The notes under the pieces were generated by a model. That model saw only the letters and a list, made by a program, of their open reading frames with translations, searched no databases and had not been told where the DNA came from. Source: Deltaproteobacteria bacterium (GTDB lineage Bacteria; Myxococcota; Myxococcia; Myxococcales; 40CM-4-68-19). From it: 64,000 nt of DNA. A program made the position numbers and the translations under genes. The stretch lies in assembly GCA_005879805.1 (NCBI GenBank), contig VBKL01000053.1, positions 157,716 through 221,715 on the forward strand, given 5' to 3'. Positions 48,729-58,636 of this stretch are shown piece after piece; positions within the stretch are counted from its first letter, which is position 1, and each line of letters starts with the position of its first letter.

Positions 48729-51700
48729 TTGGAACAAGCCGTAGCGACCCAGACAACTGCCGCCTCCGGGCGGCCGCCGCCGAGCGAGGCGGAGATCGCG
48801 ACCGCCTCCGCCGCCCTGACCGAGCTCGATCGCGAGGCGCGCGCCCTCGGCACGAGGCCGCAGGCGGCGCCCGTGCACTACGCCATCGGCCGCATCTTCG
48901 CCGAGCAACTCGGCGACGCGCGCAGCGCGGCCATCGCCTTCCAGAACGCCTTCCGGCTCGACCCGGCGTACCGGCCCAATCTGGAGGCCGCGCGCCGGCT
49001 CTTCGCCAGCGTCGGCCTGGTCGATCGCGCGGTCGCGCTCCACGAACGGGAAGAGGAGATGCTCGCCTCGCCCGCGGAGCGCGCCGAGTCGCTGCGCGCG
49101 CAGGCCGCCCTGCTCGCTCCGACCGATCCCGAGGAGGCCGCCCGGCGGCTCGAGCGGGCCCTCGATCTGGTCCCCGATCACCCGGCGCTGCTCGCCGCGG
49201 CCATCGAAACGGCCGAGCGGCGCGGCGACCGGCTGGAGACGGCTAGATTGCTCCTGCGCGCGGCGGGCGCGGTACGGGACGAGGTGCAGAAGGCCGCAAG
49301 CTTCCGGCGCGCGGCGCGCCTCTTCGCAGACCTGGGACGGTCCGACGCCAACGTCCAGGGAGATCTGGCGTCGCTGCACGGCGATGCGCTAGCCAAGCTG
49401 CACGCCGCCGATCCGCGCGATCCGGAAGGTCTCCTCGGTCTCCTCGAGCGGGCGCACGCTGCCGGCGACTGGGAATCGATCCTGCGCCTCTACCGTGAGC
49501 AGGCGGAGCGGACGCGCACGGCTGCGGACCGCTCGGTCGTCGCCCAGATTGCCGCCTTCCGGCTGGGCCGCGCATCGGAGGCTGCGGCAGAAGTGAAGGC
49601 CGCGCTCGAGGACGCCCGGCGCGACGGGACGCTGCTCGCGCTTCGCGATCAGCTCGCCGGGCGACAAGGCGGCGTCGACCTGGCCGAAGCCCTGCGCATA
49701 CGGGCGTCGGTGAGCACCGAGCCCAGCGAGCGCGCGGATTTGAAGAGCCGCGCCGCCGAGCTCTCCGGCGATCCCATCGAGCAAGAACAGCTCCTCTCCG
49801 AGGCCCTTGCCGAGAATCCGGGCGACGCTGCCGCCATCGCGCTGCACGCGCGGCTCGTCGCTTTGCGCGACGCCGGGGCCGCCGCGGACCGTTTCGTGGC
49901 GCTGGGCGAGGCGCTCACCGAGCATTCCCCCGCCGAGGCGGCCACCCATTTCGTCGAGGCAGCTGCCTGGCTGGAGCGGGCCGGCCGGCGCTCCGAGGCC
50001 GCGGAGATGGCGCGCAAGGCGCTCTCGCTGGCCGGCGACGGCCCAGCCGCCGCGTCCGCGCTGCGGCTGCTCCAGCGCAGCGGAGCGGTGAGCGCGCCGG
50101 AGATGGCCGACTTCCTCGAGGGCGCCGCGGCGAGACTCGGACAAGGGGCCGCGGCGGAGCTTCTCGGCCGCGCCGCCGTGATCCTGGGCGGAGCGGAGGG
50201 ATTCTCCTCTCGCGCGCTCTCCCTCGCCGAGCGGGCCGCGCAGAAGGGGCGAGGTCTCTCTTCTTCGCGCTGGCTGGAGGCGTGGACGGCCCTGGCTCTG
50301 CGTGCGGCCGACGGCGCTTCGCTCTCGCGCGCCCTCGAGACGCGCGCCACGGACGCCCAGGGCCCGGAGGCCGCGGAGTTCTTCGTCGAGGCCGCGGAGG
50401 CAGCCCGCGCCGCGCTCGACGATGCCCGCGCGACCGCGCTCTTGCGCAAGGCGCGGTCGATCGATCCCGGTTCCGAGGCGGCGCGCAGGGGACTGCTCGC
50501 GCTGCCGACGCTTCCGGCGGGCGAGCGCGTCGAATTGCTCGCCGAAGAGGCTCGCGGCGCCGATCCCGCGCGCGCCGCCGCGCTTCACGCGGAGCGGGCG
50601 GCGCTCTACGAAGGCCTTTCGCGCGATGACGAGGCGGTAGCAGCCTGCGCGCAGGCGCTGGCCCTCGCCGGCGCCGACCTGGCCGTGCTGCGCCGCCTCG
50701 CCCGGGTGCAGGCGAGGCGCGGAGATCATCCCGCGGCCCTCGCGGTCCTGGTCCAGATCGCCCAGACGCTTCCCGAAGGACCCGGACGAGCCGAGGCCCA
50801 TGCCCGCGCCGCCGAGTACGCCGAATGGCGCGCCGAAGATCCCGTCCGCGCCGTGCAGCTCTACTCCGCCGCGGGAGATGCGGCCCTGGCGCCACTCGCG
50901 CGTCTGTTCGCCTGGATGGGCCGGACCGACGATGCGGCGGAAGCATTCGAGCGGCTTGCCCGGCGCAGCGAGACACCCGACGAGAAGACGGATGCGCTGC
51001 GCTGGGCGGCGGCGCTGCGGGCGCGGAGCGGAGATCCGCGCGCGGCCGAGCTCTATCGGCGCCTGCTTACCGACGCGCCCGATCTCCTCGAAGCCATCGC
51101 CGCGCTGGCCGAGCTGATCCGGAACGACGCCTCCTCCGAGGCCCGGAAGGAACGCTCCGGATTGCATGCCAGGCTCGCCAGCCGCTGCCAGGATCCGCGC
51201 TGCGCCGCGCTCTTGCGCACCGAGGCCGCGAAGGATCGGCTCCTTCTCGGGGAGCGCGACGAGGCCGTCGCCGAATTCCGGCGCGCCCTTGCGCTCAATC
51301 CGCAAGATCGCATCGCCCTCGATGCCGTGGAGGCGGCGCTGCGGACCGGCGATCCGGGCGCGCTCGCCGAGCACCTCGCCTTCCGCCGGGCATATGCCGA
51401 GGGCGATGCGCGCGCGGCCCTCTCCCTCGAGCATGCGGAGACCCTGGTCGCTGCGGGCGATTTCGAACGGGCCCGCGAGGCCTACGCGGAGGCCCTTGCC
51501 ACCGACCCGGGCTCGCTCTTTGCGGTCCGCGGCGCACGCCGGGTGGCGGAGCGGACCGGCGACAAGCAGGAGCAGCTCCGCCTTCTCGCGCGCGAGGCGA
51601 AGCTTTCCGGCGACCCGAGCCTCGCCGCGGGAAACCTCATCGAGGCCGCGATTCTCGCCCAGGACCTCGGCGTCCCCGAACAGGCCGCGCAGCATCTCAC

Positions 51701-53360
51701 CGCCGTGCTCGAGCGGGAGCCGCGCGACGAGCAGGTGGCCTCGCGCCTGCGGACCTTGCTCGGCCCGAGCGCCCCGTCCCAGCTCGCGCAAGCCTACGAG
51801 CGGGTGGGAGCGTCCCACGCCTCCGACGACGCCGGCGCGGGCGCCTGGACCCGCGCGGCCCGCATCGAGCTACGCGAGCTGAACGATCCTGCGCGGGCCT
51901 TCTCCGCCGCGGGACGCGCGCTCGCCCGCAACGCCGGCGACGCGGAAGCGCTGGAGTTGCGTGCCGAGGCCGGAATCGCGAGCGGCCACGAAGCGGAAGC
52001 GGCTCTGGCGCTGGAGAAGCGCCTCTCGCTGCCGGGCGCGTCCGACGAGCAGAAGCTCGGCCTCGGACGGCTCTATGCGGAAAAGCTCGGCGAGCCCGAC
52101 AAGGCGCTTCCGCTCTTGCTCGATCGGCTCGCCGACGTCGAGCTGCCGGCGCTGGTGAAGCTCGCACCGGCGGCGCGCTCGCTGCCTCCCGCGGACTCCA
52201 CGCGGCTCCTGCGCCGCCTCCTCGACGCGGCCGCCACCGCCAAGGAGGGGCAACCCTCCCGCGTCCACCTCGCGGAATGGACCGACGAGCTGGCGCGCGG
52301 GCTCCTCGCCCTCGGCCAGCGCGAGGAGGCGCTGGAAGCGTTCCGCAAGGCCGCCGCGCTCGAGCCGCGCAATCGGGCGGCGCTACGGTACGTCGCAGAG
52401 CTCACCGTGCCCGGCGAGGCGATCGCCGCCCATCGCACGCTCTTCGAGATGACGCCGCCTGAGGCAGACTCGCTGCACGCGCTCTTCCGGCTCTTCCAGA
52501 CGCAGGGGGAGCGTAAGGCCGCGGACGCCGCCGCCTCGGTCCTGGTGGGTCTCGGCCTCGCCGACCCCGCCGAGAAGGCCGCCCACGAAGAATCGCTGAA
52601 GCGCCCGCCCGCCGAGATCGGACCCATCGCCGACGACCAGATCCTCCGTGCGCCCGGAGACGAAGGAGCGGTCCGCCAGCTTCTCGCCGCGGCCGCCGGC
52701 GAGTTGGCCCGCGCCCTGCCCACCCCGCTTCACGGCCGGGGCGATCGCGTGAAGGGCGACAATCCCGTCCGGCGCATGACGGCCGCCATCGCCGGAGCGC
52801 TCGGGGTTTCCGAGCCGACGCTCTATGTCGCGAAGGGCGAGGCCACCGTGGTGATTCCCACCGCCAGCGAGCCCCCAGGACTTCTCGTGGGGCTCGAAGT
52901 GCCCAAGCGGTTCAACGCGCGCCAGCAACGGTTCCTCTACGGCCGCGCGCTCGGGCACGTGCGCCGCGGGACTCACGCCATCGCCGGCTTGTCGGCGACG
53001 CGCCTCGGACAGTTGGTGGGAGAGCTAGTACGGTTGACGGCACCGGCGGGTACCGACTTCGCCCGTCTTCCGGCCCGGGACGCGGCGCTGGGGGAGACGC
53101 TCGAGCGCGTGCTCTCGCCGGAAGTGCGGAGCCGCCTCGCGCCGCTCGCCGCCCGGGCCGCGGCGGAGGCGCCCGCCGCTTTCGAGAAGCTCGCCTTGGC
53201 GCTGCGCGAGACGGCGGAGCGGACGGGGCTCGTCATCTCCGGCGATCCGGCGGCGGCGCTCGCGATCGTCGCGTCGGAATGCCCGGGAGGCCTCGACCGG
53301 CCCGAGGTGGCGCGGCTCGCGCGCTTCGCGATCAGCGAGTCGTATCTCGGGCTGCGCTAG
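48729..53360 (+). CDS. Very large (about 1540 aa) TPR/helical-repeat protein with a distinct C-terminal ~250-aa domain
   Basis: One continuous coding-like frame. Recurrent TPR-like A..A...(Y/F)..AL.L.P units appear throughout (for example AFQNAFRLDPAYRPNLEA, EFRRALALNPQDRIALDA, AFRKAAALEPRNRAAL). The start is uncertain (TTG 48729). Confidence 0.8.
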   Translation: MEQAVATQTTAASGRPPPSEAEIATASAALTELDREARALGTRPQAAPVHYAIGRIFAEQLGDARSAAIAFQNAFRLDPAYRPNLEAARRLFASVGLVDRAVALHEREEEMLASPAERAESLRAQAALLAPTDPEEAARRLERALDLVPDHPALLAAAIETAERRGDRLETARLLLRAAGAVRDEVQKAASFRRAARLFADLGRSDANVQGDLASLHGDALAKLHAADPRDPEGLLGLLERAHAAGDWESILRLYREQAERTRTAADRSVVAQIAAFRLGRASEAAAEVKAALEDARRDGTLLALRDQLAGRQGGVDLAEALRIRASVSTEPSERADLKSRAAELSGDPIEQEQLLSEALAENPGDAAAIALHARLVALRDAGAAADRFVALGEALTEHSPAEAATHFVEAAAWLERAGRRSEAAEMARKALSLAGDGPAAASALRLLQRSGAVSAPEMADFLEGAAARLGQGAAAELLGRAAVILGGAEGFSSRALSLAERAAQKGRGLSSSRWLEAWTALALRAADGASLSRALETRATDAQGPEAAEFFVEAAEAARAALDDARATALLRKARSIDPGSEAARRGLLALPTLPAGERVELLAEEARGADPARAAALHAERAALYEGLSRDDEAVAACAQALALAGADLAVLRRLARVQARRGDHPAALAVLVQIAQTLPEGPGRAEAHARAAEYAEWRAEDPVRAVQLYSAAGDAALAPLARLFAWMGRTDDAAEAFERLARRSETPDEKTDALRWAAALRARSGDPRAAELYRRLLTDAPDLLEAIAALAELIRNDASSEARKERSGLHARLASRCQDPRCAALLRTEAAKDRLLLGERDEAVAEFRRALALNPQDRIALDAVEAALRTGDPGALAEHLAFRRAYAEGDARAALSLEHAETLVAAGDFERAREAYAEALATDPGSLFAVRGARRVAERTGDKQEQLRLLAREAKLSGDPSLAAGNLIEAAILAQDLGVPEQAAQHLTAVLEREPRDEQVASRLRTLLGPSAPSQLAQAYERVGASHASDDAGAGAWTRAARIELRELNDPARAFSAAGRALARNAGDAEALELRAEAGIASGHEAEAALALEKRLSLPGASDEQKLGLGRLYAEKLGEPDKALPLLLDRLADVELPALVKLAPAARSLPPADSTRLLRRLLDAAATAKEGQPSRVHLAEWTDELARGLLALGQREEALEAFRKAAALEPRNRAALRYVAELTVPGEAIAAHRTLFEMTPPEADSLHALFRLFQTQGERKAADAAASVLVGLGLADPAEKAAHEESLKRPPAEIGPIADDQILRAPGDEGAVRQLLAAAAGELARALPTPLHGRGDRVKGDNPVRRMTAAIAGALGVSEPTLYVAKGEATVVIPTASEPPGLLVGLEVPKRFNARQQRFLYGRALGHVRRGTHAIAGLSATRLGQLVGELVRLTAPAGTDFARLPARDAALGETLERVLSPEVRSRLAPLAARAAAEAPAAFEKLALALRETAERTGLVISGDPAAALAIVASECPGGLDRPEVARLARFAISESYLGLR

Positions 53361-54091
53361 CTCGATTCCTCGCGCAGGATCGCGGGCTCGGGAAGGCGCT
53401 TGCGGAAGAACGCGAACGCCTCCCGCACCTCGTCCTCGGAGCGCCCGTCGAAAGTAATCTTCACCCGGTAATCGGCGCGCTGATCGAAACGCGGGTAGCT
53501 GCCGATCGACACTTGCGGAAAGCGCGCCACGGTCGCGTCGAGATGCTCGGCAAGCTCACCTTCGCCGAGCGCCAGGTAGACGGCGCGCCCGAATAGCGGC
53601 GCCGAACGGAACCTCTCGCGGATGCGCCCGAATCCCTCCTTGAAGAGCACCGGCGGCCCGGGAAGCACCGCGATGCCTTCCAGCGAGATGACGGGAAAAT
53701 AGGCGCCCTCGTGCCAATCGATATCGGCGCCTTCCGGGACATCGGCGAGCCTGCGGCGGGCGGCGTTGAGACGGTCTCCATAGTGCGCCTGCAGCATGCC
53801 CAGGATGCGCGGATCGGGAACCACCTTGCGCCCGAAGGCCTGGGCGACTGCCGCGATGGTGACGTCGTCGTGGGTAGGACCGATTCCACCGCTGGTGAAG
53901 ACCCACTTCGCCTGCGACTTCGCGCGCTCCAGGGCATCGACGATGAGCGGGATCTCGTCCGGGACGGTCTCGATCCGCCGCACCTCCACGCCGAGATTGC
54001 GTAGCTCGCGGGTCAGCCAGGGACCGTTCTCGTCGGCGATCTTCGCGGAGAGGATCTCGTTCCCGATGACGACGATGGCCGCGGTGCTCAC
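53357..54091 (-). CDS. CinA-N-like / MoCF-biosynthesis (molybdopterin-binding) domain protein
   Basis: AAIVVIGNEILSAKIADENGPWLTRELRNLGVEV..., VFTSGGIGPTHDDVT. GTG 54091 overlaps the upstream stop (GTGA). Confidence 0.85.
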   Translation of the reverse strand: MSTAAIVVIGNEILSAKIADENGPWLTRELRNLGVEVRRIETVPDEIPLIVDALERAKSQAKWVFTSGGIGPTHDDVTIAAVAQAFGRKVVPDPRILGMLQAHYGDRLNAARRRLADVPEGADIDWHEGAYFPVISLEGIAVLPGPPVLFKEGFGRIRERFRSAPLFGRAVYLALGEGELAEHLDATVARFPQVSIGSYPRFDQRADYRVKITFDGRSEDEVREAFAFFRKRLPEPAILREESS

Positions 54092-55677
54092 TCCGCTTCC
54101 CCCTGCTCGCCCTCCGCGCGAGCCTCTTCGATGGCGTACTCGCGGATCTTCTTGATGAGCGTCGTGCGGGAAACGCCGAGGCGGGCGGCGAGCCGCGACT
54201 TGTTGCCGCCCAATTCCCGCAGGCCCTTGGCGATGAGGTCGCGTTCGACGCGGCCTACTGCGGTCGCCAGGTCGCACGATGCCGGCGCGGTCGACGCCGG
54301 CCCGGCTCCGTTCGAGCGCGAGCCGCGATCCGGTCGCGCCTGCGAGCGCAGCTCCGGCGGAATGACCTCCGCCTCGCCGGCCAGGACCACCAGGCGCTCG
54401 AGCTCGTTCTCGAGCTCGCGCACGTTTCCCGCCCAGCGCGCTTCGTAGAAGCTGCGCAACAGGTCCGGGTGCAGGCGCTTCTTGGGCTGGCGGCCGCGGG
54501 CGGCGATGCGGCCGAGGAAGTGCTCGCAGAGAAGCGGCAGGTCCTCGATGCGCTCGCGCAGCGCCGGGACTTCCACGTTGACCACGTGCAGCCGGTAGAA
54601 GAGGTCCTCGCGGAATTCCTTGTGCACCACCATCTCGCGCAGGTCGCGATTGGTCGCCGCGATGATGCGCACGTCCACCTGCTCCGGCTTCTCGGCCCCG
54701 ACGGGCAGGAAGGTACCCTCCTGCAAGACGCGCAGGAGTTTCACCTGCATGGACGGCGACATGTCGCCCACTTCGTCGAGGAAGAGCGTGCCCCCGTCGG
54801 CGAGCTTGAAAAGGCCGATCTTGTCGCGGGTCGCGCCGGTGAAGGATCCCTTCACGTGGCCGAACAGCTCGCTCTCGAGGAGATTGTCGTTGAGCGCGGA
54901 GCAGTTCTGCGCCACGAACGTCTTGTCCTTGCGCAGGCCGGTGCGATGCAGCGCCCGCGCGATCAGCTCCTTGCCGGTACCGTTCTCGCCCGTGACGAGG
55001 ACGGTGATGTCGCTCTTCACGAGCTTATCGAGGAGCGCATAGAGCCCCTGCATCGGAGCGCTCTTTCCCACGATGTCGGCGAAGAGCTGCCGCCGGGGTA
55101 CCGTCGCTTCCCGGGTCCCGTTGTGGCGGCTCGGCGCGCCGCCCGAGAAAGCGACCATCTCCGAGGCAGCCGTTCCGACGAGATCCACCAGACGGGGAAC
55201 GTCCCGCTCCTCGAGGCGAGGAATCCCTTCGAAGGCGCGGGGCGGATCCGCCACCGGCAAGCGCAAGCGGGCGGCTCCCCGGACCGCGCTCTCACGCGCA
55301 TCGGCGCTCCGCTTTTCGGCGACGAATCCGCAACCGAAGAGCACGCCGCCGGTCGAGAGTCGGGCGACGACGACGTCGAGACCGAGATGGCACGGTCCAG
55401 CGAGCCCCGAGCCTCCCGCCAGGACGGCCTCGCGGATGCTCGCCACGCAGCGGCGGCCGCCCTCCTCGTCGTGCAGGCACGCGGTGCAGATGCGGTTCTC
55501 CGGGGAAATGGCGATCGACTTCGGCGCGATTTCCGCGGGACTGCCGGCGAAACCGAGCTCGATGCCCCACCAACGGCGCAGCGTCTCCCGCACGCTCCGG
55601 ACCGCGTGTGGCTGCGCCAGCGCGCTCGGGACGAGGCCGGGCCCAGCGACCGATGCGCTTTTCCGTTCTGGCAGCAT
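54088..55677 (-). CDS. Sigma-54-dependent transcriptional activator with N-terminal PocR-like Cys-containing sensor
   Basis: AAA+ core GENGTGKEL, GSFTGA (a GAFTGA variant), LFLDEVG, RIIAATNRDL and FREDLFYRL, plus a C-terminal Fis-type HTH (NKSRLAARLGVSRTTLIKKI). The N-terminus has C-x2-C...C...C spacing like PocR. ATG at 55677. Confidence 0.9.
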   Translation of the reverse strand: MLPERKSASVAGPGLVPSALAQPHAVRSVRETLRRWWGIELGFAGSPAEIAPKSIAISPENRICTACLHDEEGGRRCVASIREAVLAGGSGLAGPCHLGLDVVVARLSTGGVLFGCGFVAEKRSADARESAVRGAARLRLPVADPPRAFEGIPRLEERDVPRLVDLVGTAASEMVAFSGGAPSRHNGTREATVPRRQLFADIVGKSAPMQGLYALLDKLVKSDITVLVTGENGTGKELIARALHRTGLRKDKTFVAQNCSALNDNLLESELFGHVKGSFTGATRDKIGLFKLADGGTLFLDEVGDMSPSMQVKLLRVLQEGTFLPVGAEKPEQVDVRIIAATNRDLREMVVHKEFREDLFYRLHVVNVEVPALRERIEDLPLLCEHFLGRIAARGRQPKKRLHPDLLRSFYEARWAGNVRELENELERLVVLAGEAEVIPPELRSQARPDRGSRSNGAGPASTAPASCDLATAVGRVERDLIAKGLRELGGNKSRLAARLGVSRTTLIKKIREYAIEEARAEGEQGEAE

Positions 55678-55726
55678 GGTGGGCAAGTTCCGCAGCCCTA
55701 CCTTCGCATCTTCCAGCCGGCCGTGG

Positions 55727-56371
55727 CTATCCCGCGGCGGCTATCCCCAGTTGCTCATGCACCGCGGCAAGACAGAGCGCCGCGACTTCGGCTATTGGTC
55801 GCGTCCCGTCGATCGGCACTACGCTCGCCAAGGTGCCCACGAGCCGGCTGTATTCGCGCTCGATCTGCTGCATTTGCCCGGGCGTTTCGTACCGCTCCAG
55901 CTTGGCACCGCGCTTGCGCACGCGCTCCAGGGCGACCGGAGCCGGCACGTACAGGAAAAGGGTCAGATCGGGCTTTCGGGCGTACCGGTTCGCGGCCTGG
56001 ATGAATTCGTGCGAGACGGTCGCGCCCTGATAGGCGAGCGAGCTGAGCACATAGCGGTCGAGGATCACGTCTTCCCCGCGTGCGAGCCGCGGCTCGATCT
56101 GCGAAGTGAGGTGGTCGAGGCGGTCGGCGGCGAAGAGCAGCGCCATCACGCGCTCGTCGACCACGTCCAGCTTCCCGTCCGCCTTCTGCGTCGCCGTGCG
56201 GCCCGCGAGGATCTGGCGGATGAGGAGGCCGACGCACCCGCCGCTCGGCTGATGCGCGAGGTGGACGGTGCGCCCCTTGCCGCGGAGCGCATCCGCCAGC
56301 AGTTGCGACTGGGTCGTCGTTCCTGCGCCGTCCAGCCCTTCGAAGACGATGAAGCGGCCCGGGGCCGTCAC
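55727..56371 (-). CDS. tmk: dTMP (thymidylate) kinase
   Basis: FIVFEGLDGAGTTTQ (P-loop) and DRYVLSSLAYQG. 214 aa. Confidence 0.9.
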   Translation of the reverse strand: MTAPGRFIVFEGLDGAGTTTQSQLLADALRGKGRTVHLAHQPSGGCVGLLIRQILAGRTATQKADGKLDVVDERVMALLFAADRLDHLTSQIEPRLARGEDVILDRYVLSSLAYQGATVSHEFIQAANRYARKPDLTLFLYVPAPVALERVRKRGAKLERYETPGQMQQIEREYSRLVGTLASVVPIDGTRPIAEVAALCLAAVHEQLGIAAAG

Positions 56372-56709
56372 GAGCTCACCGCGGGCGGCGGATCGATTCC
56401 CAGCGCGGCGCGCACTTCGCGGAGCCGCCGCAGCTCTTCTACCTCGCGCCGGAGGTCCGCGCGCGCGCGCGAGTAGGCGCGGATCCCGTCCCAGAGGAGC
56501 AGGAGATCGAGGAGCGCGAGCGGATAGAAGAAATAGGGCAGCTGGGGCGAATCCCAGACCAGCTTCCCGCAGACGCCGGCGAGCACCGCCCAGCCGAATC
56601 CTTCGAAAGCAGCGCGGGCGAAGCCGTCCACCGACCGCCGCATCCGCGTGCTCTGTTGCAGCTCGTTCAGCTCGCGCTCGAGATCGGCCGGCTCCATCGG
56701 CGCGTCCAT
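56368..56709 (-). CDS. Small two-TM membrane protein
   Basis: Two hydrophobic segments (FGWAVLAGVCGKLVW; YFFYPLALLDLLLLW). The stop overlaps the tmk ATG (ATGA). The start is set at ATG 56709 to avoid overlap with the upstream gene (alternatives 56697 and 56799). Confidence 0.5.
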   Translation of the reverse strand: MDAPMEPADLERELNELQQSTRMRRSVDGFARAAFEGFGWAVLAGVCGKLVWDSPQLPYFFYPLALLDLLLLWDGIRAYSRARADLRREVEELRRLREVRAALGIDPPPAVSS

Positions 56710-56740
56710 ATCGCTCAGCGACCTCGGTGGAGTCAACGCT

Positions 56741-57388
56741 TCAAAGCAGATCCTGGGGCGGAAGCGGCACTCCGCATTCGCCACATCGATCGATTCCACG
56801 GACGTCGTCGTGGTACGGCGGCCGGCGTGCGAAGCAGGCGGGACAGAGCACGGCCTCGGCTTCGGCGGGCTTCGTGTGGTCCTGCGGAGCCGGGCGTTCC
56901 GACGCTGTCCGCCGGTGGCCGCAGGCCTGGCAGAAGACCCCCGTTGCTTGCGCGCCGCAGTGCACGCAGACGCTCAGGTCGCCCGCAGCGGGCGTCCGCA
57001 GGCCATCGTCGGCCTCGCGGCCGGCATCGAAACCGGGCAGCGTCCCTTCCCAGGACGGCGTCGCGCCTGCCGGCGACCGCACCCGGGTGGGCTCGATGTC
57101 GAGCGGAGGCTCGTCCGGCGGAGGAAACCCTTCCTCTGCGATGGTGGTCGACTCGAGCCCGGGAAGCGGCTCCACGCGGTCGGACGGACCCACTTCGAAT
57201 CGCGTGCGCTCGATACCTTCGAGGGTATCTTCGCGGGGCGGCTCGGGCTCGGGAGCCACCTCGGTGAGCAGCTCCGGCTCGATCTCCGTGAGCAGCTCGG
57301 GCTCGACATGCCCGAGCAGCACCGTCCCGCAATTCACGCACTCCGGCAGGTCGTCGGGAGCTTCTGTGCCGCAGGACGGGCAGAGCAT
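56741..57388 (-). CDS. Double zinc-ribbon protein with acidic/Pro-rich linker (215 aa)
   Basis: MLCPSCGTE...CVNCG at the N-terminus; CVHCGAQATGVFCQACGH and CPAC...CGECG at the C-terminus. The linker contains a duplicated EPELLTE(I/V) unit. Confidence 0.65.
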   Translation of the reverse strand: MLCPSCGTEAPDDLPECVNCGTVLLGHVEPELLTEIEPELLTEVAPEPEPPREDTLEGIERTRFEVGPSDRVEPLPGLESTTIAEEGFPPPDEPPLDIEPTRVRSPAGATPSWEGTLPGFDAGREADDGLRTPAAGDLSVCVHCGAQATGVFCQACGHRRTASERPAPQDHTKPAEAEAVLCPACFARRPPYHDDVRGIDRCGECGVPLPPQDLL

Positions 57389-57435
57389 GGCGGGGGGAGC
57401 ATCGCGCGACCTCGCCGCGCGGGTAAAGCGACTTT

Positions 57436-58110
57436 TCAGTGGGGGCCCTGTTCTCCGGACCCGGTGAGTGGAACGAAGCGGACCTGCATCAAGGTGCGAC
57501 GGTCGAACCCGCCCTCCGGCAACCGCCGCCACAGCTGCAGCTCCTGGCGATCGGAGGAGGGCCCGACCGGCAGGACCAGACGTCCGCCCGGCGCCAGCTG
57601 CTCGAGCAAGGGCGTAGGGACCCGGCGCGGCGCCGCCGAGACCAGGATGGCGTCGAACGGCGCCGCTTCCGGCCATCCAAGGGCGCCATCGCCTTGCCGG
57701 ACATGCACGTTGGTGTAGCCGAGCTCCACGAGGGTGCGCTGTGCGCGCTCGGCCAGCTCGGGGATGATCTCGATTCCGCGGACATCCGCATTGACCGGAA
57801 GCATCTCGGCGAGGACGGCCAGCGCATAGCCGCTGCCGGTGCCGACCTCCAGGACCCGCTCGACGCCCTTCAGCTCCAGCGCTTCGGCCATAGCGGCCAC
57901 CACGAAAGGCTGCGAGATGGTCTGTCCCCAGCCGATGTCGAGCGGCCGGTCGGCCTGGGCTTCCGCCTGCGATTGTTCGGGCACGAAGAAATGACGGGGA
58001 ACGCGGGCGAAGGCGGCGAGCACACGCGGATCGCGGATGCCCTGGTCGATCAGCCGCCTCACGAGGAGGCTTTCGCGGGCTCCCTGTCCGTCCGGGTGGA
58101 CGATGCTCAT
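57436..58110 (-). CDS. pcm: Protein-L-isoaspartate O-methyltransferase
   Basis: VPRHFFVP, GQTISQPFVVA, LEVGTGSGY and FDAILVSAA. Confidence 0.9.
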   Translation of the reverse strand: MSIVHPDGQGARESLLVRRLIDQGIRDPRVLAAFARVPRHFFVPEQSQAEAQADRPLDIGWGQTISQPFVVAAMAEALELKGVERVLEVGTGSGYALAVLAEMLPVNADVRGIEIIPELAERAQRTLVELGYTNVHVRQGDGALGWPEAAPFDAILVSAAPRRVPTPLLEQLAPGGRLVLPVGPSSDRQELQLWRRLPEGGFDRRTLMQVRFVPLTGSGEQGPH

Positions 58111-58122
58111 CGGCCGCTAGAT

Positions 58123-58566
58123 CTATGCCTCGTCCGGGTAATGAGAAAGGCCGATGCGATTCCCTTCCGGGTCGCGAAAATAGATCGTCCAGCGGGTGCG
58201 GTGGACCACCTCCACGTTCTTCTGCTGGAGGTGCCGCTCCCACCTCGTGCGATCCTTGGCGGGGATCCGCAGCGCGAGCAGGTGGAGGCCGCCGTGCGGA
58301 TCGCGAAAGGGAGTCGGCAAGCGATCGACGTCGCAAGCTTCCAGGGCGATGAACTCTTCGCCTGAGCCGACCGAGAGCCAGAGCGATCGCTCGCCCGGTT
58401 TGCCATCCTCGTAGGGCCAGCGGCGGACGAGCTTGAGGCCGAGCACGTCGATGTAGAATGCCTCGGCGCTGGCCAGATCCTTCACCTGGATGGCGAGATG
58501 ATGGTGCCCGCGCACGGCCAGGGCCTCGGCCGGCCGTCCAGAAACGCTCAGGGAATCGTTGCCCAA
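58123..58566 (-). CDS. VOC (glyoxalase/bleomycin-resistance/dioxygenase) family protein
   Basis: HHLAIQVKDLASAEAFYIDVLGL... and IYFRDPEGNRIGL are typical VOC beta-alpha-beta-beta-beta modules. Confidence 0.8.
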   Translation of the reverse strand: MGNDSLSVSGRPAEALAVRGHHHLAIQVKDLASAEAFYIDVLGLKLVRRWPYEDGKPGERSLWLSVGSGEEFIALEACDVDRLPTPFRDPHGGLHLLALRIPAKDRTRWERHLQQKNVEVVHRTRWTIYFRDPEGNRIGLSHYPDEA

Positions 58567-58636
58567 GGTTGTCCCGCGGCGAGAAATCCATTACACACGC
58601 TCGCTTCTTTAGCAGGTTTCCTGACAAGAGAATTCG

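Noticed and set aside
49389-51818. 809-aa minus-strand ORF and other long ORFs inside the TPR gene
   Set aside because: They are antisense or out of frame to the 1543-aa TPR frame and their translations are Arg/Gly-rich nonsense. The TPR frame shows repeated A..A..(F/Y)..AL.L.P periodicity.
53357-53360. CTAG overlaps of convergent stop codons (also at 60550..60553)
   Set aside because: This is a trivial consequence of TAG stops on both strands. There is no evidence for a regulatory role.
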